From: Octopus sinensis
Taxonomy: Eukaryota
Direction of reading: 5' to 3'
Assembly (NCBI RefSeq): GCF_006345805.1
Contig: NW_021824960.1
Coordinates: 1-17,149, forward strand
DNA: 17,149 nucleotides
Below are positions 8,999 to 17,149 of this stretch, piece after piece; position 1 is the stretch's first letter, and each line of letters opens with the position of its first letter. The notes under the pieces are model-generated. The model was not told where the DNA came from. It worked only from the letters and a program-made list of their open reading frames with translations, and did no database searches. The position numbers were made by a program, and so were the translations under genes.

Positions 8999-9239
8999 CA
9001 TTATTTAATTAAAAGGCTGATGGTAAGGGCAAATGGAGAAGTCTACGGTCATGCTTAACTCCTCCTGCAATAGTCTCACTCTCGTTATATTCGAGCCAAC
9101 AAGTTAGAACCAACAGCCAATTATCTGAAAAATAACTCAGCACATCGTCTTATAGAGGTAAGACATATTCTAGAAAGAGAGATAGTCATGGTAAGGACGC
9201 CTGTGTTCATAGGTCTGTACGATCAGAGGTTTTACTAAA

Positions 9240-9446
9240 CCTTCAGTTTTTCTAAACCTTGCAAAAGAACACGGACGGTTGAGCCTTCAGCCAATATTCA
9301 AAATATTCCCCTCTCAGATTCACACACTTACTGTAGAGGTCCTTCAGTTTTTCTAAGCCCTGTAAAAAACCACGGAAGGTTGGGCATCCAACTAGGCCTT
9401 TCGCGACACCTTTAAAGCCAGGAACTTTTCAGTACCCCCCCCCCCG
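9240..9446 (-). mobile_element. mariner-derived non-autonomous fragment: one TIR plus duplicated transposase C-terminus
   Basis: Minus strand TA-CG(G)nTACTGAAAAGTTCCTGGC resembles a mariner TIR. It is followed by FLQGLEKLKDLYSKCVNLRGEYFE, then a second copy WLKAQPSVFF/QGLEKLK (frameshifted). The second TIR was not found. Confidence 0.7.
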
Positions 9447-9637
9447 TATATTGAATGCTTGTGGTTAGAGGTTTCTAGCTACAAGTTTTCAATAGGATGG
9501 CTACGATTACTTTTGTTACGCGTTATGAAATACTCTCGACATGAAAACGGTTAACCTTACCATTGTTCTATTGGAGCCAATGAAAGAGACCCTGTCCACT
9601 CGACCTAAACGAAATTGCAACCGAAAGCTAAAGAGTA

Positions 9638-9768
9638 AACTTTGCCTTTCATCCGTTCGGGGTCGATAAATTAAGTACCAGTTGCGTACTGGGGTCGATC
9701 TAATCGACAAGCCCCCCTCCCACTTCCCCAAAAACTTTCGGGCTTTGTTCCTAAAGTAGAAAAGAATA
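9638..9768 (+). mobile_element. Family B SINE, 5'-truncated
   Basis: ACTTTGCCTTTCATCCGTTCGGGGTCGATAAATTAAGTACCAGTTGCGTACTGGGGTCGATCTAATCGAC, then tail ending GTAGAAAAGAATA. Confidence 0.9.
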
Positions 9769-9842
9769 AAATTAACGACGTTCACATCTCGCTAATCAAT
9801 ACACGGGACACCTCAAAGTTTCAGTTTCCCTACGATAAGGTT

Positions 9843-10621
9843 CAGGGCCTGATTAAGACCCACAAAGGCCCTACGATCTTGGTGCCCCCATATATATGTA
9901 ATTCAAAATATAGGCAATAATAAGCTATCAAATTAATTTTTTCTCAGAATGAAACGTAACTAACCGTAAGATGGAAAATAATGTATATTTTTGCAAAATT
10001 CTACTTTATTACTTCCGCCTTAGCGAAGGCGGAGGTATTGTTTTCACTCGTGTTTGTTAGCGTGTTTGTCCGTGGACAAGATATCTCAAGAACCGCTGGA
10101 TGGATTCGGATGAAACTTTAAGGAATGATTGACCTCGTGACTGGCATCAATTGATTAGATTTTGGGATCGATCCGGTAGCGGACAAGGATTCTGAATTAT
10201 TTTTCCAGTTTTTTTTTACTTAAATTTTGAGAGCGGTCAGGTTCATTTTTAGTATTCTCGTTTGTGAGAGCAGTCGAGTTCATTTCAGATATGCTCATTT
10301 TAAAAATCATCTCTGGTTAATCGTTGCGAGGACGTTGGAGTTGACTTGGTGGAGATTTGTTCTCCCTGAGTGCTTTTGTTTATATTTAAACAGTTTTCTC
10401 CTACTTTTTTTAATAGCAAAGTCTTTGATCAGATCCTCACTATGGCACCATGATCACTTCAAAATTATATTTCCGATCATATAAACCACTTCGAATATTA
10501 TATCAGCAAGTTTAAAATGATTTCTTTTGTGCCGTTAACCATTTACCATTTCTGTGGTGTCTGCCTTCCCTTGATGCACTAAAGCACGTGCTGATTTTGT
10601 TTAATGGTTAATCTAGCGCTG
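9843..10621. mobile_element. hAT-type MITE, copy 2
   Basis: Perfect 8-bp TSD ATAAGGTT (9835-9842, 10622-10629); TIRs CAGGGCCTGATTAA / TTAATCTAGCGCTG (11/14); homologous to 5121-6135. Confidence 0.9.
10008..10381 (+). mobile_element. Helentron-associated non-autonomous element (HINE/DINE-1-like)
   Basis: 5' hairpin ACTTCCGCCT-TAGCGA-AGGCGGAGGT (10011-10036), GTTT/GTCC-like tract, degenerate 3' subterminal GGTGGAGAT plus CTCCCTGAGTGC. It sits in a T run without TSD and is absent from MITE copy 1. Confidence 0.7.
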
Positions 10622-11018
10622 ATAAGGTTAGATATGTAATATCACAGATATCAAACATAGATACCCTTTAAAAACTACCCTTTAAAATTAATAGTACACG
10701 GCAACATACCGCACAGCAACACAGTCAAGAAACGAACTGTAAGAGAGAATATTTCCTAAAAGAGGAAACCCCTCCACTCCACCCACTCAATATTCAGAGA
10801 TCTTCATCTGCTGCAGCTGACTGTCAGTGCATTTTTAACTATGGCACTGAGATATCTGTCTCAATCCCAGATAGTTCATAATTTATAGGAATATTTATGT
10901 GTGTGTGCGGGGGGGGGTACTTTTGGTGAAATGCACTTCGCTTATTTGTGGTGCGCCTGTGGAGAGCGTATGCCTTATTAACTTGTGTGGGGGTGGTTCG
11001 TTCGTTTGTTTGCTTTCG

Positions 11019-11019
<1 letters not shown>

Positions 11020-11055
<36 letters not shown>

Positions 11056-11128
11056 TGTATAAATAGAAATATTATTATTTCTAAATCTCTCAACGTGAGG
11101 CATTCAGTAACGTGTGTGTGCTTGTTTG

Positions 11129-11175
<47 letters not shown>

Positions 11176-11226
11176 ATGTATATATGTATGTATTATATAT
11201 ATATATATATTAATATATATATATAT

Positions 11227-11294
<68 letters not shown>

Positions 11295-11340
11295 TATGTA
11301 TATGTATGTACATATGTGTGCATTTATATATATTATATAT
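11020..11340. repeat. Compound (GT)n/(TA)n microsatellite
   Basis: Directly visible. Confidence 0.95.
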
Positions 11341-11359
11341 GGATAGATGTATATATTTA

Positions 11360-11770
11360 GGTAGTGGGTAGCGATTTTCTTCACTATTTCCGGGAGTGAC
11401 GACCCTGTCTGACACGAGTCCCGGGCTCAGCTGGCTCCGGCTGACAGTACCCGGTATGAACCCCTATCCAGGGTTACGGAAAGGAGACAACCTTCAAAGA
11501 AATCCGGAGTGGAATCCCGTAGGCTGTTTAGTGTTTGACTCGACACTCTTCCGGCAGCTCCTGCAACCAAGCTGGTGCCAAACATAATGACTGCACCCCT
11601 TTGGACTACGTCAGCAAGGTCGAGAGAGAAATCCTGACGATTGGGCTGCCCAGGATTTTCTTACATCTAGCCCAGGCCTGCGCAAAACTGGAGAGGACAA
11701 TAAATGTAAAAACCAGACTGGATTAGTTTATGCGCAACTCCATTGTCCCCCGAGACAAAAGGATGCCAAC
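11360..11770 (+). mobile_element. Possible non-coding 5' region of an RTE-like LINE
   Basis: GC-richer island with CCGGCAGCTCCTGCAACCAAGCTGGTGCCAAAC...CTTTGGAC, which resembles molluscan RTE 5' UTRs from memory only. No endonuclease or reverse transcriptase ORF follows. Confidence 0.35.
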
Positions 11771-11792
11771 AATGTATATATATATATATATA

Positions 11793-12007
11793 TTTGTCAA
11801 CATAATGTGGCAGTCCCGGTTGGGTTGAATGCTACTGTACTGTTGTTTAGCCCACGTTGCTTTGTGCTGTTTGGGGATGCTGAATTCCCCTGTTCGAAAA
11901 TATAAGGACAGGAATATTGTGTGGTATAGCCGGCTGGGAGACGATGTTTCCTGTGGCTAAGTACAGTAACACTCATCATAACCGGGACTGCCACATATGT
12001 TGGCAAA
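11793..12007. mobile_element. Small TIR element (MITE-like)
   Basis: Perfect 17-bp inverted repeat ATGTGGCAGTCCCGGTT (11805-11821) / AACCGGGACTGCCACAT (11980-11996), extendable outward to about 29 bp with one mismatch and one indel; TA on both sides. Confidence 0.7.
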
Positions 12008-12016
12008 TAGTCCTTA

Positions 12017-12037
12017 CTTTATATATATATACATGTG

Positions 12038-12102
<65 letters not shown>

Positions 12103-12353
12103 CTACATGTATATATATATATATATCTACATAATATATATATACACAACACACGTATATATATATATGTAACACATATACATAAACATACATACATACG
12201 TGCGTACATACATACATGCATATTTATATATATATATATATAATATATATAATACATATATATATGTTTAAACACACATACACGCACCACATGTGTATAT
12301 ATATATATATATATTATATATATATATAATGTGTGTGTGTATATATATATATA

Positions 12354-12385
<32 letters not shown>

Positions 12386-12422
12386 AGTGTGTGTGTGTGT
12401 GTGTATGTATATATATATATAT
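12017..12422. repeat. Compound (TA)n/(TG)n microsatellite
   Basis: Directly visible. Confidence 0.95.
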
Positions 12423-12619
12423 GATTTAAGTCTGTTTCATTTTCTTATACGTTTCCCCTTCTTTCTCTCGGTTATTGGAATAAAAGCTCAGGTGTGGGAT
12501 GTGAGGGAAGGGGGCCTTTCTGGTTGACTTCACTCGCCTGGTGGCAATCACTGATCCCTGTACCGCAAGGTAATGAAATAATGGATTCTCATTCATGAGG
12601 TGGCAGAGTATACCTGAAT

Positions 12620-12627
12620 GAGAGAGT

Positions 12628-12666
<39 letters not shown>

Positions 12667-12854
12667 AAAAGAGAAAGACTTTTATTCAAGTGTGAGAATA
12701 AATTATTGCAAAGGAAAATGTAGAAATTCTATTCATGCATGATATGGAACAAATATATTGGATAATATGCCTGTCTGTCTGTCACTGTCTGTCTGTCTGC
12801 ATCTGTCTCTGTCTGTTTGTCTGTCTGTCCGTCTGTCTGTTTGTCTGTCTCTCC

Positions 12855-12890
<36 letters not shown>
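12620..12890. repeat. (GA)n tract, then (GTCT)n(CT)n tract
   Basis: Visible at about 12620-12675 and 12770-12890. Confidence 0.9.
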
Positions 12891-12892
<2 letters not shown>

Positions 12893-12943
12893 TCGTCTAT
12901 TAGTTTGGATATCTACATAGACACGTTTTACCTTTTACCTGTT

Positions 12944-13128
12944 GCTTGTTTCAGCTATTAGACTTCGGCCATGCTGGGGCACCGCCTTGGAGAACTTTAG
13001 TCCAACGGATCGAACCTCAGTACTTGTCTTTATAAGCCTGGTTCATTACTCTATCAGTCACTTTTGCTGAACCGCTAAGTTAGGGGGCGTAAACACACCA
13101 ACACCAGTTGTGAAGCGATGCTGGTTGG
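12944..13128 (-). mobile_element. Family A SINE 3' module only, diverged
   Basis: CTTGTTTCAG...GGCCATGCTGGGGCACCGCC...AACCGCTAAGTTAGGGGGCGTAAACACACCA is the reverse complement of about 1565-1740. Confidence 0.85.
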
Positions 13129-13191
13129 CAAAGTTCTGTCCGAATTTTGAATAAAGGAAACAAGTGATCACATGTTATATTTAATTGAAAT

Positions 13192-13916
13192 TTAATCATC
13201 AATGTACTTTCCCTGATTATCTACGACTTCCTTCCATCTATTTACAAGCTTTTTAATCCCATCAATGTAAAACTCCTTTGGTTTCAAAGCAAAGAACTCT
13301 GAAATGCCAGTTTTTACCTCCTCTTGGCTTGCGGAAGTCATGTTTCCCAAATGATTCTGTAAACTACGAAACAAATGGTAGTCTGAAGGAGCAAAGTCGG
13401 GAGAATAAGACGGATGAGGAATAGTTTCCTAACCAAGCTCTTCGATCTTCTGTGATGTGATTTTCTTCAAAGCTTGGTTCAAACGCTCTAATTGCAGACA
13501 GTTGACTTGAGCATTGATTGTTGCATTTGTTGGTAACAATTCAAAGTGAATTACTCCTTTGCAATCCTACAAGATAGAGAGAAGAACCTTTTTTCCATGA
13601 AGTTCCCTTCTCGGTCGTGGTTGATCTTCTTCCCTTTTACCAAGCCACTGTTTACGACGTTTAACATTTCGACAGAAGATCCATTTTTCGTCACCAGTCA
13701 CAAGTCTATCCAAAAAGGGTGAAATAGTTTGCGAGAATGGAGAGAAGAGCAGATGTCAACTCGGGATTTGCGGTTGCTTTCGGACAATTCATGAGGTACC
13801 CATTTTCCAAGTTTAGGAACCTTGGGCCATGCAGTGGGAGTCCACGAATTAAACATGGCCATGTTTAATTTGTGGAGAGAAAATTGCCGTAAGTTAACAT
13901 TTCTTTTTACTAACAT
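13192..13916 (-). pseudogene. mariner (D,D34D family) transposase pseudogene
   Basis: WVPHEL (13802-13785), frameshift near 13730, FLDRLVTGDEKWIF (TGDEKW 13698-13681), KKVLLSIL*DCKGVIHFELLP, G*ETIPHPSYSPDFAPSDYHLFRSLQ, C-terminus GIKKLVNRWKEVVDNQGKYIDD*. Two in-frame TAG stops; the HDNA segment is missing. A TIR-like stretch lies at about 13121-13155. Confidence 0.95.
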
Positions 13917-14299
13917 TTCTTTTTCCTGCTTTTATTCCACATTTCTGTTCATTGTTTTCTAAAGTAAAATTATTCCAACAATATCTAGTTATATAATTTC
14001 AGTTTGTCATGTCTTTATATAGGATGTAAATAGCAAAATGAGTTCATATAGTCTAGACATGAAGGTTGGAAATAAAATCATTTTAATATGGTATTGTATT
14101 TCGAGATCTTCTATTTCAGCAATATCGAGGAATATGTTGTCATGAAACGCACGTAGTCTATATAATGTAAAGTATATGATTTGGAATAAGAATTGAAGGT
14201 ATTAATTTTGATAATTTTAATATTTAGTCGTATATGTACCTATTGTGGATAATGTCGTTCAATGATGATTGGGTTGCTTGAAGGTGATTCTGTCTCTTA

Positions 14300-14323
14300 A
14301 TCTATCTATCTATCTATCTATCT

Positions 14324-14384
<61 letters not shown>

Positions 14385-14430
14385 ATCTTTATATATATAT
14401 ATTATAATATATATATATATTATATATATT

Positions 14431-14461
<31 letters not shown>

Positions 14462-14472
14462 GATAGATAGAT

Positions 14473-14503
<31 letters not shown>

Positions 14504-14520
14504 GATAGATAGATAGATAT

Positions 14521-14563
<43 letters not shown>

Positions 14564-14628
14564 TAATAGAGAAGATAGATAGATAATAGACAGATATATA
14601 GATATACACACATATATATACATATATA
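14300..14628. repeat. (TCTA)n-(TA)n-(GA)n-(TAGA)n compound microsatellite
   Basis: Directly visible. Confidence 0.95.
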
Positions 14629-15912
14629 GGATCTATTCCATCTCAATCACAGATTTTTAAATTAGTTTTTTTAACTAAGCAGTTTGAAACTTCGAATAAT
14701 GGTAGGATTTTTTCACGTAAAACACGGTTTACTTTGAACGTTTTTGACAAAATTTCCTATTCTAGAAATTATTTCTTGTTAAAGTTGTCGTATTTGGGCA
14801 ATTTCAGTCAATCAACGACGTGGATTTGGTTGAAGAAAGCTACTGCTGTTTGCGATAGTAATGGAGGAGGAACAACTTCCAGGTCATCTCTACTGAATGT
14901 CAAACACCCTGTTCGAAGAATCAACACCATAGAGCAACGAGTCCGGAGCTAGCTTTTTTGTTGTTGACTTATATGTAGTTTCAAAATACCTTATTTTACA
15001 ACTATGCGATGTTATTGTCATAATTTTATCTTACAATAATCAACAACAAACACATTTTGTCAATATAAAAGGCGGCGAACTAGCAGAAACGTTAGCACGC
15101 CGGGCGAAATGCGTAGCCGTATTTTGCCTGCCGTTACGTTCTGAGTTCAAATTCCCCCGAGGTCGACTTTGCCTTTCATCTTTTCGGGGTCGATAAATTA
15201 AGTAGCAGTTTCGGGCCGGGGTCGATGTAATCGACTTAATCCGTTTGTCTGTTCTTGTTTGTTCTCTGTGTTTAGCCCTTTGTGTGTAGTAAAGAAATAT
15301 TTCACATTCCGCCGAGGTCGACTTTGCCTTTCATCCTTTCGGGATCGATTAAATAAGTACCAGTTACGCACTGGATTCGATGCAATCGACTTAATCCCTT
15401 TGTCCGTCCTTGTTTGTCCCCTCTATATTTAGCCCCCGGTCGGTAATAAAGAAATAAATATAAAAGTCTTTATTAGATTAAAAATAATATTATCGAAACA
15501 TGAAGGTAAAACAAAACAAATAGCGGCTTACACACTGGAAAATACGGTAATTGTAGCGGCAGTGGCAAGACCACTCGCTGGTTGCTAGTTGATAGCGTAT
15601 AAGGAAGGGAAAGAGTAAGGAATGCACGATGCTAACTAGAAAGGAAGGACAAAGGTGACTAATAGAACAGAGTGGTGACATTTAGTGGAGATGACCCAGA
15701 AGTTGTTCCTCTTCGATTACTATCGCAAACAGCAGTAGCTTTCTTCAACCGAATACACGTCGTTGATTGATTGAAATTACCCAAATTTTGTCAAAAACGT
15801 TCAGAGTAAACCGTGTTCTACGTGACAAATTCTATCAGTATTAAAATTTTCAAACTGTTTAGTTTTTTAAAGAAATTAATTAAAAAATCTGTGATTGTAT
15901 TGGACTAGATCC
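14629..15912. mobile_element. Long-TIR (foldback-like) non-autonomous DNA element, superfamily unassigned
   Basis: Inverted arms at about 14629-14916 and 15665-15912, with termini GGATCT...AGATCC. I count 10 mismatches over 111 bp (14792-14902), including a 35-bp perfect stretch (14828-14862 / 15716-15750). The right arm lacks about 45 bp. No TSD seen. Confidence 0.8.
15071..15456 (+). mobile_element. Family B SINE, full unit plus tandem second unit starting at the B-box
   Basis: Head GGCGGCGAACTAGCAGAAACGTTAG, B-box GAGTTCAAATTCC; second unit from 15301. AATATAAAA(G) flanks the whole dimer (15062-15071, 15457-15466). Confidence 0.9.
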
Positions 15913-15953
15913 GTGTGTGTGTATGTGTGTATGTGTGTATGTGTATACATACA

Positions 15954-16017
<64 letters not shown>
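15913..16017. repeat. (TG)n(TACA)n(TA)n microsatellite
   Basis: Directly visible; abuts the SINE remnant at 16018. Confidence 0.95.
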
Positions 16018-16020
<3 letters not shown>

Positions 16021-16112
16021 CGGGCTTTCAGTTTCCATCTTTCAAATCTAAATCGGTCTCAGGCTATAGTAGATGATTACGCAATATGCTACGCAGTGGG
16101 AATAGCCTGGAC
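16018..16112 (-). mobile_element. Family A SINE 5'-module remnant
   Basis: Minus strand: TCCCACTGCGTAGC...CTACTATAGCCTGAGACCGA...GATGGAAACTGAAAGCCCGTCA, then microsatellite. Confidence 0.7.
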
Positions 16113-16152
16113 CAACGTACGTGTGCGCTCTTGCATGTGCGTGTGTGTGTGC

Positions 16153-16201
<49 letters not shown>

Positions 16202-17149
16202 AATTTAGTTTAATTTACAATTATATTCGGCCTTTATTTTTAATTGGTTTTTAAATAACTCTACTTGATTTGGGTTTGATTTTAACCTCACATGTCTCCC
16301 TCAACCTCCATTTAATATCCAAGGTCAGCATAGCTTTCTCAACCTTCCCATCATAAAATAGTTTCTGCTGATTTTTCACTCATTCATTCATTCACTCGTT
16401 CATTCATTCATCCATTCATTCATTTTCTTACACAATTCCCTCAGAATGCGTGATAGTACAAATGACCAAAAACTGAAGATATAAGTCGGCCATGTGTGTA
16501 AGTGGCCTATATCAAATTTCAACACAATATTTGGAGAACATTTGACACGAAAGAAAAACAATCCAAATGTTTACGTGTGTGATGACCCAATTACAACACT
16601 AATGTTTTTTTATGAATCTCCTTTCCTTAATTTCGGCCATCCGATGTCCCTTTTTCTATAAAATATCTGCCTTCCTCTATTCTTGCAATTTTTTCCTCTC
16701 TCCCTTTTGTTCCTTCTCCACACTTTAATCCTTCTTTTCCAAATCATTATTTCTCTTCCTCTTTCCTCTTTATCTCCTTTCCATTTACCTTCTACTGATT
16801 CTTATTATCTGTCTTTACTTCTCTTCTATGCCTGTACCGTTCCTTTAGTGTTCTGCTTGCTTATAACCACGTATGCCTCTGAAAAGTAGCGTTGTTTTTT
16901 CAGGTCGTTCAATGGACCGATTGCATAAACCTTTTAATAACGAACCTATATTGACTACTGAAAACAGCTGTAAAGCAAGCATACTATAATTCTTTTATTC
17001 TTTAAGTTGCTTTGACTGCGGCCAAAGAAAAATATCTAATGACCGTTAGTTATACCTTGTCTCGTACACCACTCTGTGCAAAAACCAGTATAAATAAGAC
17101 GAAAGGCTGAGAGAAAAAGTGTGAAATGGCGAGAAAGCAGTAATATAAA

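Noticed and set aside
12492-12575. Possible internal exon (CTCAG|...AAG|GTAATG)
   Set aside because: Only one open frame with no recognisable peptide, and no partner exons or expression evidence.
16683-16889. 68-aa hydrophobic ORF resembling a signal peptide
   Set aside because: Non-ATG start in CT-rich low-complexity DNA that encodes Leu/Phe/Ser by composition.

Overview
AT-rich, microsatellite-saturated animal intergenic or intronic DNA. The SINE families (recognised from memory, not by a database search) point to an octopus or other coleoid cephalopod. No host protein-coding gene is supportable: almost all listed ORFs are translations of microsatellites, and the only real coding remnants are decayed mariner transposase pieces (13192-13916 and about 9240-9385, minus strand). 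The window is a nest of transposons: three tRNA-derived SINE families, two copies of a hAT-type MITE with 8-bp target-site duplications (TSDs), a Charlie-like hAT MITE, piggyBac-type (TTAA) MITEs, a Helentron-associated (HINE/DINE-like) element, a 1.3-kb long-TIR foldback element and a small TIR element. The most interesting object is a short non-coding retroelement present in several copies (4503-4918, 5312-5454, tail at 3666). It joins a tRNA-like Pol III head, an (AAT)n spacer and a minimal type-I hammerhead ribozyme motif of the Penelope type, and inserts with 13-14 bp TSDs and an inverted copy of its own 3' tail. This suggests a Penelope-mobilised, hammerhead-bearing SINE or retrozyme-like element. 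No copy here has a fully canonical CUGANGA core, so ribozyme activity is unproven.
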